A stretch of 24,000 bases of DNA from Candidatus Woesearchaeota archaeon (GCA_038890975.1 JAWAEZ010000002.1:12291-36290), one strand, 5' to 3'. Shown: positions 8,045 to 16,421, counted from the stretch's first letter. Notes: generated from the letters alone by a model not told the origin. Numbers and translations are program-made.

Positions 8045-8599
8045 CTACCTTACAAAGATGCAGTGTTTTTCTTCTCCACTAAGCTCCTGTAATATTCTTT
8101 TTATTATCGCGGTCTTAGGGTCGGGTATTAGTTTTACCCTGTTTTTGAGGTCGTCAAACGATTCGAATGGTTTTTCTTCTCGCGCTTTAAGAATCTCCCA
8201 CATATGCTTTTTCCCGAATCCTGGTAACAGCTCTATTTGGTGCATCCTGGTTGTCAGAGGTCTTGCGTTATTAAAAAAATCAACAAACTTTTTTTCATTT
8301 TTTTTAACCGCTTCTTCAACAAAGTGCTTTAACTCTTCCATCGCTGTAGCTGTTAATTTTTTGCTGTTTATTTTGCCTATTATGTGGTGTATTTTATCTC
8401 TTTTTCCTTCTCCGATATACACTTCTTCATGCGGTTGAAGAAAAACATCTTTTTTAGGTGCTAATTCAAGAAGAGAAAAGTGCTCTTTGCCAATAGCTTG
8501 CGCTATTGGTATCTTTTTGAACATAGGCCTCGGATCCATTGGATAGCCGTTTGGGAGGAAGTCCAATACTATTGCATATTCTTCTTTTTTTTCTTCCAT
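8045..8599 (-). CDS. DUF655 / COG1491 archaeal OB-fold plus HhH nucleic-acid-binding protein
   Basis: EEYAIVLDFLPNGYP...IAQAIGKEHFSLLEL...FVDFFNNARPLTTRMHQIELLPGFGKKHMWEIL matches the DUF655 pattern. It occupies the conserved position after rpoF. The track start at 8605 is TTG; the ATG at 8599 (MEEKKEEY) is more likely. Confidence 0.8.
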   Translation of the reverse strand: MEEKKEEYAIVLDFLPNGYPMDPRPMFKKIPIAQAIGKEHFSLLELAPKKDVFLQPHEEVYIGEGKRDKIHHIIGKINSKKLTATAMEELKHFVEEAVKKNEKKFVDFFNNARPLTTRMHQIELLPGFGKKHMWEILKAREEKPFESFDDLKNRVKLIPDPKTAIIKRILQELSGEEKHCIFVR

Positions 8600-8607
8600 T
8601 TTCAAAA

Positions 8608-8949
8608 TTAATTAGCATTCTTAACAATCACTGATTCAATTTTTTTAAGGTTCTCAGCAGTTATTGTAGCTTCTTGGAGTATTATTTTTATTTCTTCTAT
8701 ACTTTCCGGTTTTAGATCCACAAGTTTTACAATATGCTCCTTTTTCATCCTGGGGATATTAAGTTCTTCTATTTTTTTAACTAATTCTTCAACTTTTTCT
8801 TCTTCTTTAGTACCTATACTTAGCAAATAATCATAGGTTTTCCCTGATCTGAAACTAAACTCTTTATCTCTTTTTTTTATTTTTTCAAGCATTCTTTTTG
8901 TTTCAACAAGAGTTATTGGGGTTTCTGATATTATCTGTGGCTTTGTCAT
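8608..8949 (-). CDS. rpoF: DNA-directed RNA polymerase subunit F (Rpo4)
   Basis: 113 aa. The N-terminal ITLVETKRMLEK and the later KLVDLKPESIEEIKII fit the Rpo4 pattern. It sits between L21e and DUF655 as in the conserved archaeal cluster, and its start overlaps the L21e stop by 4 nt. Confidence 0.7.
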   Translation of the reverse strand: MTKPQIISETPITLVETKRMLEKIKKRDKEFSFRSGKTYDYLLSIGTKEEEKVEELVKKIEELNIPRMKKEHIVKLVDLKPESIEEIKIILQEATITAENLKKIESVIVKNAN

Positions 8950-9251
8950 TTTGATAAACCGTCCTGAACTTTTTTTAAATGGACAGGGTGTACTATTAAT
9001 TTTTTTATTTTTCCATCTTTTATCTTCACTTCATAGCATCTACCTATTTTTCTGCTTATGATTCCGATTTTTCCATGAAACTTTAAGTCGTACATACCTT
9101 TTTGGTATGCTGGTTCTGCTTTTAATGCTACTTTATCGCCAGCATTAAGATCTTGAAAATATCTTGTTATGCTTATTTTTCCTTTTGTTCTTCTCTCTTT
9201 TGTCATCCTTTCCCTAGTTTTTCTTCTTCCTCCACCTATTCTGCTTACCAT
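8946..9251 (-). CDS. rpl21e: 50S ribosomal protein L21e (eL21)
   Basis: 101 aa. GGRRKTRERM...ITRYFQDLNAGDKVALKAEPAYQKGMYDLKFHGKIG...VKIKDGKIKKLIVHPVHLK is typical L21e. An SD-like GGTGG lies about 10 nt upstream of the ATG. Confidence 0.9.
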   Translation of the reverse strand: MVSRIGGGRRKTRERMTKERRTKGKISITRYFQDLNAGDKVALKAEPAYQKGMYDLKFHGKIGIISRKIGRCYEVKIKDGKIKKLIVHPVHLKKVQDGLSK

Positions 9252-9340
9252 GTTAAAACACCCACCTTTGGATAAAATAGCTCTATTTATAAATTTTCTT
9301 ATATCTTTATATTTTTAACGATTTTACGCGATTATTTGGT

Positions 9341-9376
9341 AATTTTTAATATAACCCAAATTTTTAATATAACCCA
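9341..9376. repeat. Perfect tandem duplication of an 18-bp unit (AATTTTTAATATAACCCA x2, plus a degenerate partial third copy)
   Basis: Read directly: 9341-9358 is identical to 9359-9376. It lies in the divergent rpl21e/sepF intergenic region. Confidence 0.9.
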
Positions 9377-9475
9377 AAATTTATAATTTTTTAAGGAATT
9401 TAAATTTTTTAGTTCTAAATTAAAAAAGAATTATACTACTCTTTAGAAATTATAAAATCTATAAAAATCGAAAGG

Positions 9476-9483
9476 TTTAAATA
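9476..9483 (+). promoter_or_regulatory. TATA-box candidate (TTTAAATA) placing sepF translation at ATG 9506 on a leaderless mRNA
   Basis: The box centre is about 26 nt upstream of ATG 9506 but immediately adjacent to the track start at 9485. Confidence 0.5.
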
Positions 9484-9505
9484 GATGTTTGCATCATTTT
9501 TTTTT

Positions 9506-9898
9506 ATGACAGGACTTTTTAGTAAAATATCGCGATCATTAAAGAGATTAGGTTCTGACGATTACGAATTTCCAGTAGAATCCGCTGACTATGTGGAAGT
9601 TCTACCTCAGGATTCAAAAAAATCAAAAATTTTAATAAGGCCTTTTATACTTGAGGACTTTGAGGATATAAAACCTGTAATAGATTCTTTAAGAGAAGGA
9701 TACACAATAGCCCTTGTTAATATAAGGCCTTTAAGGGATAGAGATTTGGTAGAGTTGAAGAGAGCAATAAACAAACTCAAAAAAACATGCGACGCTGTTG
9801 AAGCAGACATTGCAGGGTTTGGAGAAGATTGGATAGCAGTTGCTCCTTCTTTTGCTTCTATTTACAGAGAAGAAAAATTAGAAACTGAGTTACAGTAA
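9506..9898 (+). CDS. sepF: Cell-division protein SepF (archaeal type)
   Basis: The core ILIRPFILEDFEDIKPVIDSLREGYTIALVNIRPLRDRDLVELKRAINKLKKTCDAVEADIAGFGEDWIAVAP fits the SepF/DUF552 domain. Starting at 9506 gives MTGLFSKISRSLKRL, an amphipathic N-terminus like the SepF membrane-targeting helix. The alternative start is 9485. Confidence 0.75.
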   Translation: MTGLFSKISRSLKRLGSDDYEFPVESADYVEVLPQDSKKSKILIRPFILEDFEDIKPVIDSLREGYTIALVNIRPLRDRDLVELKRAINKLKKTCDAVEADIAGFGEDWIAVAPSFASIYREEKLETELQ

Positions 9899-10034
9899 TT
9901 TCTTTTAAATTGTTTTTAGTTTAGTAACATTGATTAGTTATCTTTTTGTATTACGAACAGGATATAAACATTAGATAAATTTTTTAAATACGAATAAATA
10001 AAAAGAATAGAACAATAAGATAGAATAAAGAAAA

Positions 10035-10691
10035 ATGTTTATGCTGAAAACTAAGCAGGAAGAAAAACGAAGAGACAAAATAATAACTGCATTGTTCATT
10101 ATAATAACATTAGCTACTTTTATATCATTGATAAGGGCTTTTATTATCGGTTCAAAAGCAGTTTTTGATTCTCTGATGATATTAATATTACTTTACTTAA
10201 CATATAATTATAGAGAAAAATTGAATCTTAAAATAACAACTACTTTTTTAGGTGTTATATTTCTTTTAGGTCATTTGCTCGGGGTTAATGGTTTTTACGA
10301 TTTTTACATATTCGGTTTTTTGGGTTATGATAAACTGCTACACTTCTATGGGCCACTTGTTTTATTTTTTATTATATTTAATTTCTTTCAATATAGTTTT
10401 GAATATTATAAATTAAAGGAGAAAAATAAAACCAAAACAAATTTTAATTTTAAAATAATAATCATTACCCTGCTTGTTACATTAGGGATCAATGCTTTGC
10501 AGGAGGTAATAGAATTCACAGGTAACAGCGTTCTCGGAAATGGCGAGGGAGTATTTTTTTATGGTTCAGGCGATTTAGAAGGTAATGATACTCCGAAAGA
10601 TTTAGTTGCTAATTTTTTAGGGGCAACATTAGGAGGTTTAATACTCCTCATCAAGAATTATAAACTTTATAAAAAATCCAAAAATAAATAA
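10035..10691 (+). CDS. Polytopic membrane protein, possibly DUF2238 (YjdF)-like
   Basis: 218 aa with about 6 hydrophobic segments. YDKLLHFYGPLVLFF and QEVIEFTGNSV...GSGDLEGNDTPKDLVANFLGATLGG resemble my recollection of YjdF-family motifs (YD.L.HF and E.IEW...QGD.WD.QKD). The family call is tentative. Confidence 0.55.
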   Translation: MFMLKTKQEEKRRDKIITALFIIITLATFISLIRAFIIGSKAVFDSLMILILLYLTYNYREKLNLKITTTFLGVIFLLGHLLGVNGFYDFYIFGFLGYDKLLHFYGPLVLFFIIFNFFQYSFEYYKLKEKNKTKTNFNFKIIIITLLVTLGINALQEVIEFTGNSVLGNGEGVFFYGSGDLEGNDTPKDLVANFLGATLGGLILLIKNYKLYKKSKNK

Positions 10692-10853
10692 AATTATTGC
10701 ACTCAGGAATATTAACACACATTTTTTTATTCTTAATAATTTTAATAATAAACGACACACAATAAAAAAGGATTATATAAATTCAAATACTACCAGCATT
10801 TTATAATATTCTTTTTTAGATAGCATTTAGAGTATATTTTAAAATTCTTTTTA

Positions 10854-13286
10854 TTATTCAATAACCTTACTTATATGATGTGTTTTTGAAATTCTTATGA
10901 TATTATCAACAAAAGATTCAAGTTTTGCTTCGTGAGAGACAATTATCATTTGTTTTAAGTTTATCTGTTCTAAGACATCTCTGACCTTGTCAAGTTGTTC
11001 GGAAGAAAAACCATCAGTTGGTTCATCAAGAATTAATATATCTTTTGTCTTTATAGAAGACATAATGTCATTTATTACTTTGTTAAGCGCCAATCTATAC
11101 GCAAGGGCGCAGCTTGTTTTCTCGCCCCCCGACAAAAAAGATATGTCAATCGGATAACCGTTTTGTTCAACAACAGGAGAAAAGTTTTCATCAAGTTTGA
11201 TATTAATTGATTCGTCTTCTATTAGCAAAGAAGCCCATTTCTTAAAATGACTTTCAAACTCTTCATATACCGTCTGCATTATGTGGGATTCTATAAGTTT
11301 TGCCAAAGGTATTAACTTTTCTTTAATCCACTCTTGCTTCTCTTTTAACTTTTCAATTTTATTTTTAGTCAGCATCTTTGCATTTACCTCTTCAGACAAT
11401 TCTTTTAGAGTTTTTTCATAAGTTTGAATATCCTTTTCAATTGTTGATTTTTGAATTTCTACACTAAGCAACTCATCTCTTATTTTTTCAAATTCGTTTT
11501 TTGATTTTATGAGTTCTTTTTCACAATTTTCAATTTTAGAAATTTCTTCAGAGAGTTTATTTTTTTCGTTAATTATTTTTGTTTTTTCTTCGATTAATTC
11601 TTTTATCAGCCTTTCATTTTCTTGAACTTTTTGTTTTTTTTCAGAAAGGTTTTTTCTAATAAACTCCATTTCTTTTAGTTTATTACTAATTTCTTTTTTC
11701 TTAGATAAAGAAGCTCTAATATCTTCAATATTTAGATTCTTGATTTCTTCTTGTAACTCTAAACGCTGTTTTTTAAGCTCTGCAACAGTTTCTTGTTTTT
11801 TTCTGAAACCGTCTTCTATGTTGGAAGCGTCGGAAAGCGCTCCTTCCAATCTTTCAATCTCTTTCTCTGTAACAAATATATCTTCAATTTTTTTTTCATA
11901 AGAACAGATTTCTTTTGAAATATCTTCTTTTGTTTTTAGAAGTTCAGAAAGATTGTTATTAAACTCTTTAATTTTGTTTTCATATTCTTTTTCTATTCTA
12001 AGTTTATCTTCAGCTAATAAAAGATGGGAACACACAGGGCATTTTTCCATAGTATGAATATTATTTTTTATTTCTGTAGCACTCTTCCTTAATGCTTCTA
12101 AAGTTGAAATCTTCTCTTTAACAGATTCTATAGAATTTTTTAGATTATCTATTTGCAGCCGCAAGGAATCTTTTATGATAATTATTTTTTTAAGATTAGA
12201 TATTTTTTCTTTTCGCTCTTTTATTTCATAAATTTTTTTTTCAAAAGATTTAATTTCATCATTTATTTCTTTTATTCTTCTTTCAATTTCCATTATTTTG
12301 GATTTTAGAGAAACTTCTTGATTATTTTTTTTAATATACTCTTTTTCTTCTTCTTCAATAGCTTTTTCAATATTTTCAGTTAAAAGTTCTTTGTATAAAT
12401 TGAGATTTTGCTCTTCTTCTTTTATTTCTTTTTTTATTTTTTCAATTTCAGATAAAAACCTTCTTTCTTGCATTTCCTTTTCTTCAATTTTTGTTTTTAG
12501 AACAAGAATCTGTTTTTTAAGATCGTTGTATCTTTCTGTTTCTTTTTCTAATATTGCAATTTCATTTTTTTTATTTTCGAGCTCTTTTTTTTGTAGTTGG
12601 TAAAGATTTAATATTTTTTCTCTCTCTTTTTTCTGATTGCTAAGCTGACTTTCTACTTCTTCTTTGTGTTTTATTTTATCCGGAAGGTCAATTATTTTTT
12701 CATTTAAGATTCTGACTTCTTCGCCTATTTTTTTAATAATAATATCAGAATTTTCAATTATTCTTTTGTATTTATCTATGCCAAAAACTCTTCTTAGAGT
12801 ATTGAGGCGCTCTTTTTCATCTTCAAATATTATTTTTTTCATTTCTTCTTGAGGGGTATATACCGTATATCTGAATATAAGCGATTTTGCTGAAGATAGC
12901 ATATCAGAAGGGTATCCTAATAATTCAAGAACTCGCGATTTTAAATCCTGCGCAGTTAAATCAATAGCAGAACCATTAACAAAAATTACTCCAGTATCCT
13001 GCCTAACACCCTCTTTTGTTCGTTTTAGTGTTCTTTTTATTATGATATCTTTATCTTCTACTTTAAAATTCAACTCAACAGAACCAAAATTTTTTCCGTT
13101 TCTTAACAAAGAATTGCCTGATAAATCCGACCGCATAATACCGAATAATGCAAACTCAATTGCTAGGAGTATTGTTGATTTACCAGCGCCAATATCTCCC
13201 GATAGGAGTATAGAACCTTCTGGAAAAATTATCTCTTCGTTAATATAACTTCTGATATTATTAAGTTTTAGCGATTTAATTAACAT
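10854..13286 (-). CDS. rad50: DNA double-strand break repair ATPase Rad50
   Basis: 810 aa. N-terminal Walker A (LLSGDIGAGKSTILLAIEFALFG). A long coiled coil has a central CPVC zinc hook (12030..12041, about residue 416). The C-terminus has the ABC signature LSGGEKTSCALAYRLAL and Walker B/D-loop ILILDEPTDGF. Confidence 0.85.
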   Translation of the reverse strand: MLIKSLKLNNIRSYINEEIIFPEGSILLSGDIGAGKSTILLAIEFALFGIMRSDLSGNSLLRNGKNFGSVELNFKVEDKDIIIKRTLKRTKEGVRQDTGVIFVNGSAIDLTAQDLKSRVLELLGYPSDMLSSAKSLIFRYTVYTPQEEMKKIIFEDEKERLNTLRRVFGIDKYKRIIENSDIIIKKIGEEVRILNEKIIDLPDKIKHKEEVESQLSNQKKEREKILNLYQLQKKELENKKNEIAILEKETERYNDLKKQILVLKTKIEEKEMQERRFLSEIEKIKKEIKEEEQNLNLYKELLTENIEKAIEEEEKEYIKKNNQEVSLKSKIMEIERRIKEINDEIKSFEKKIYEIKERKEKISNLKKIIIIKDSLRLQIDNLKNSIESVKEKISTLEALRKSATEIKNNIHTMEKCPVCSHLLLAEDKLRIEKEYENKIKEFNNNLSELLKTKEDISKEICSYEKKIEDIFVTEKEIERLEGALSDASNIEDGFRKKQETVAELKKQRLELQEEIKNLNIEDIRASLSKKKEISNKLKEMEFIRKNLSEKKQKVQENERLIKELIEEKTKIINEKNKLSEEISKIENCEKELIKSKNEFEKIRDELLSVEIQKSTIEKDIQTYEKTLKELSEEVNAKMLTKNKIEKLKEKQEWIKEKLIPLAKLIESHIMQTVYEEFESHFKKWASLLIEDESINIKLDENFSPVVEQNGYPIDISFLSGGEKTSCALAYRLALNKVINDIMSSIKTKDILILDEPTDGFSSEQLDKVRDVLEQINLKQMIIVSHEAKLESFVDNIIRISKTHHISKVIE

Positions 13287-13511
13287 TGTAAAAGTTAAAT
13301 AAAAAAACGCATTTATATTTTTATCTTAATTCTTGTTTATGGTTATAATTTAGTAATTATGAGCTGGAGATTAATTAATATATCATAATTAATAGATATA
13401 TAAAATATATTAAACTTATTTATATACCCATCATTTAAAAAATAAAGTTAGTAAAATACAATTGATAAATAGTTGATGAATAATTTAGTCCCTACTATAA
13501 AAACTTAAATT

Positions 13512-14393
13512 TTAAAAAACAATAGATGCTGCTCCTAAAATTCCCGCATCTTCTGTCTTTGACTTTTCAATTTTTGCTTCTTTAGGTAAGATAGAAAGAT
13601 GTTTTTGTGCTTCCCTTTTAGCTTTTTCAAAAAATCCCTTTATAGAAGCAATACCTCCGTCTATTACAATAACTTCGGGGTTCAAAGAAACAGCGATGTT
13701 TGCTATTCCTATTCCTAAGTACTTTGCCGCTTCATCTATTACTAGTTTAGCGGTCTTATTTTTTGGAGCAAGCTGCGATATTTCCTCTGCAGAAATTTTT
13801 CTTTTTGTTTTCTCAAAATACATTCTTTCTATACCTTTTCCTGAAGCGTATTGTTCAAGACAGCCACGATTCCCACAACTACATTTTGCGCCTTCCTCAA
13901 CCACAGTCATATGGCCAATTTCGCCAGCACTATCGCAACTTCCTCTATAAAGTTTGCCATTTATTATTATTCCTGCGCCTATACCTGTACCGACTGTTAT
14001 ACCTACTAAGCTTGAAACTTTTTTCTCGTAACCGCATTTAAATTCGGCAATTGCAAAACACTTTGCGTCATTTTCTACTGCAACAGGCAACCTTAATTTT
14101 TCTTCAAGAATTTTTTTAAGAGGAACCTCGCCCCATCCTGGAAGGTTTGGGGGGTTGATAACTAGGCCTTTTTTGTAATCGGTAGGACCTGGAACGCCAA
14201 CGCCAACACCCAAAATTCTGTCCCTGCGTAATTTATTGACAGTATAAACAATATTCTCTATAACCTTTGCTTTTCCTGCTTTTGCTTCGGTAGGCATAAT
14301 TATTTTTTTTAGCACTTTTCCGCTTAAATCAACGAGCCCTGCTTCTATCTTTGTGCCTCCTAAATCGATTCCTATCAGATATTCTCTTTCCAT
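13512..14393 (-). CDS. ROK-family glucokinase / sugar kinase
   Basis: LIGIDLGGTKIEAGLVD, the ENDAKCFAIAE motif, GTGIGAGII, and the ROK Zn motif GHMTV...CSCGNRGCLEQYASG. A GGAGGG SD lies 5 nt upstream of the ATG, and the gene starts 11 nt after the pgi stop. Confidence 0.85.
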   Translation of the reverse strand: MEREYLIGIDLGGTKIEAGLVDLSGKVLKKIIMPTEAKAGKAKVIENIVYTVNKLRRDRILGVGVGVPGPTDYKKGLVINPPNLPGWGEVPLKKILEEKLRLPVAVENDAKCFAIAEFKCGYEKKVSSLVGITVGTGIGAGIIINGKLYRGSCDSAGEIGHMTVVEEGAKCSCGNRGCLEQYASGKGIERMYFEKTKRKISAEEISQLAPKNKTAKLVIDEAAKYLGIGIANIAVSLNPEVIVIDGGIASIKGFFEKAKREAQKHLSILPKEAKIEKSKTEDAGILGAASIVF

Positions 14394-14404
14394 TTTTTCC
14401 CTCC

Positions 14405-15142
14405 TTAAATATCAAATTTAAATTTTTCAGGTTTGATAAGGAACAAATATTTATTCGGGTTTTCCGTGCAGTCGTTATATATTGGTGATTTTAATATTTT
14501 TATTGTTGGTTTTTTGAACCTTATTTTTGGCGAATCTTTGTATGACTGGTTTTTTACAAAAATAATTTTATTTTTTTTCTTAATTACATAATAACATGCG
14601 CCGTGTTTTTTTTCTATTTCTTTATAGTCGCTTTTCATAGAAGCATAAACTATGTTTGCCATTACAAGTGTCTTATTGGAAGGGTTTATTGTAACATGAC
14701 CATAATTCGGAGGCACGACTATTATATCACCTTCTTTTGCTTTTGCCAATATAACATCTTTTATTTTTTCTCCTTCTTTTTTTTGTAGTAGATAAAATGC
14801 TTCTCCGTGGATTACCTGATATACTTCAGGATAGCTGATTTTTTTGTTTTTTATTTTTTTGTGATAATGACCTAATGTTTTTACTAACTCGTTGCCTATT
14901 TTATTTGGGGGGATTATTGTGATGTCGTATCTTAAAGAGTAATTTAGAAAGACAGGGTTAGGTGCTATATTTCTATACATATAATAAAAATTTTTAACAG
15001 CAGTTTTTTTCAATAAAAGCACATTTTTAAGTTTTTCAAATGTTCTTATCTCAGGTTTAGGTATTTTTATTAATTTAGAGGTCAATTTATTATTTTTGGT
15101 TAAAAATATCGGTATTCCTGCCTTTTTTTCTAAATTTATCAT
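14405..15142 (-). CDS. pgi: Cupin-type glucose-6-phosphate isomerase (archaeal cPGI)
   Basis: The cupin metal motifs GHYHKK...PEVYQVIHGEAFYLLQ...IVVPPNYGHVTINP resemble the Pyrococcus-type cPGI pattern (GH.H...EVY..L.G......VPP...H.T.N). Confidence 0.7.
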   Translation of the reverse strand: MINLEKKAGIPIFLTKNNKLTSKLIKIPKPEIRTFEKLKNVLLLKKTAVKNFYYMYRNIAPNPVFLNYSLRYDITIIPPNKIGNELVKTLGHYHKKIKNKKISYPEVYQVIHGEAFYLLQKKEGEKIKDVILAKAKEGDIIVVPPNYGHVTINPSNKTLVMANIVYASMKSDYKEIEKKHGACYYVIKKKNKIIFVKNQSYKDSPKIRFKKPTIKILKSPIYNDCTENPNKYLFLIKPEKFKFDI

Positions 15143-15368
15143 ACCATCCCCTTACACTTTAAAATATAAAATAGTATATAATATTTTGATATAATTTTAT
15201 AGTAGTTATTTTTACTATGCACCTTGTGTTATGTGGATTTTTATGCGTTAAATTATCATCGTAAAAATAAAAAGAAAAACAAAAACAACCAATATGTTTA
15301 TAAATAACCTCTTTCGTACTTCATAAAATAAAAGAAATGTGGGGCAGCTTCTTTTAAAAGGGCGCCTG

Positions 15369-15415
15369 AATCTCAAGAAAAATCTTTTTAAAACCAAAAT
15401 AAATTTCTTGAGATT
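15369..15415. promoter_or_regulatory. 12-bp perfect inverted repeat (AATCTCAAGAAA ... TTTCTTGAGATT) bracketing an A/T-rich TATA-like element upstream of rpl15e
   Basis: Arms at 15369-15380 and 15404-15415 with a 23-nt spacer containing TTTTTAAAA. The right arm ends 17 nt before the rpl15e ATG. Confidence 0.35.
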
Positions 15416-15432
15416 TAACTATAAAAATAAAA

Positions 15433-15957
15433 ATGGGATTTTATAAATACTTAAAAGAAAACTGGAACAAAGAACTAAAACAGAAGCTAATCCAGTGGAG
15501 AAAAGAACCTGCTACAATAAGAATAGAACGGCCTAGTCGTCTTGATAGAGCGCGTTCTCTTGGTTACAAACCGAAACTAGGAATAATAATAGTAAGACAA
15601 AGAGTAACAAGGGGAGGGAGGATACGACCAAAAGTAAGCGGAGGAAGAAGGCCTAAACATTCAAGAAGAAGAAAAGTGCTTGATATAAATTATCAAACAG
15701 TTGCTGAAATGCGGGCTGTGGAAAAATACCCTAATATGGAAGTTTTAAATTCTTATTTTGTAGGAAAAGATGGGAGATATTACTGGTATGAAGTTATTCT
15801 TGTGGAAAGAAGCCACCCAACGATAATGAAAGACAAGAATCTTAAATGGATAACTAAACCTAAAAACAAAGGAAGAGTTTTTAGAGGATTGACAAGTTCC
15901 GCAAAAAAATCAAGAGGTCTTAGAAGAAAAGGAAAAGGCGCAGAGAAGGTAAGATAA
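15433..15957 (+). CDS. rpl15e: 50S ribosomal protein L15e (eL15)
   Basis: [13 protein letters not shown]..., [28 protein letters not shown], and YYWYEVILV are hallmark L15e segments. Confidence 0.95.
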   Translation: MGFYKYLKENWNKELKQKLIQWRKEPATIRIERPSRLDRARSLGYKPKLGIIIVRQRVTRGGRIRPKVSGGRRPKHSRRRKVLDINYQTVAEMRAVEKYPNMEVLNSYFVGKDGRYYWYEVILVERSHPTIMKDKNLKWITKPKNKGRVFRGLTSSAKKSRGLRRKGKGAEKVR

Positions 15958-16048
15958 AATTTTTCAATTCTCTAATAGTTTCTATTAAAACTCTTTTTTT
16001 AATATTTAATAATTGGGTAATATTAAAAATATCAATTGGTAACCGGGG

Positions 16049-16345
16049 ATGATAAAATTTTTATACTCAATAAAAATTAAAAATTTTATGGATACCTTGT
16101 CTTCAATACTTCTCGTTGGGAATATTATAAGCTTTTTAAGCGGGATATTTTCATTGATAATCTTTTTTAAGAATATACTCTCAAAAAAAGGCAGTATTTA
16201 CGAGAATAAAAATTACTTGATAGCTGCTTTTGTATTTATTGTTGTAGAGCCAGTTTTAATCTATTGGGTGGGCAGGGCGGTGGCGGGTTATAAAGAAGAA
16301 ATATTATTTGATACTCTCATAACCGCCTTTGCAAATAAAACTTAA
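16049..16345 (+). CDS. Small hypothetical membrane protein (2 TM)
   Basis: 98-aa ORF with two hydrophobic segments (ILLVGNIISFLSGIFSLIIFF and LIAAFVFIVVEPVLIYWV). No recognisable family. Confidence 0.5.
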   Translation: MIKFLYSIKIKNFMDTLSSILLVGNIISFLSGIFSLIIFFKNILSKKGSIYENKNYLIAAFVFIVVEPVLIYWVGRAVAGYKEEILFDTLITAFANKT

Positions 16346-16421
16346 ATTGAAAAAATTAAACTTATTAAAAAATAATTGAACTTACTTCCCTGCTGTTACG
16401 AAATGAAAAACAAAATAGAAA

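Noticed and set aside
7587-8438. Antisense ORFs 7587..7949 (-) and 8058..8438 (+)
   Set aside because: They lie inside trxB and the DUF655 gene respectively, both of which carry clear family motifs on the other strand.
9341-9376. Possible CRISPR or minisatellite
   Set aside because: There are only two perfect 18-bp copies with no spacers, and no cas genes are present. It is reported only as a tandem duplication.
9607-9810. 67-aa minus-strand ORF
   Set aside because: It is antisense to the conserved SepF core.
12391-13248. Three plus-strand ORFs (12391..12603, 12664..12852, 13042..13248) inside rad50
   Set aside because: They are S/F/I-rich shadows of the Rad50 coiled coil and head domain.
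10854-13286. Possibility that the 810-aa ATPase is a defence-system SMC-like protein (Lamassu, Wadjet or Gabija type) rather than Rad50
   Set aside because: A central CxxC zinc hook, a Rad50-type signature/D-loop and a typical archaeal Rad50 length all favour Rad50. No nuclease or kleisin-like partner gene is adjacent. Rad50 remains the call, and the missing mre11 is flagged as a finding.
13696-14041. Plus-strand ORFs 13696..13950 and 13763..14041
   Set aside because: They are antisense to the ROK kinase, which has its complete motif set.
14603-14788. 61-aa plus-strand ORF
   Set aside because: It is antisense to the cupin PGI core.
15143-15432. Possible tRNA or small structured RNA in the 290-nt pgi/rpl15e intergenic region (G/C patch GGGGCAGC...GGGCGCC)
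   Set aside because: I could not fold a cloverleaf or find C/D or H/ACA box arrangements. Only the 12-bp inverted repeat is supportable.
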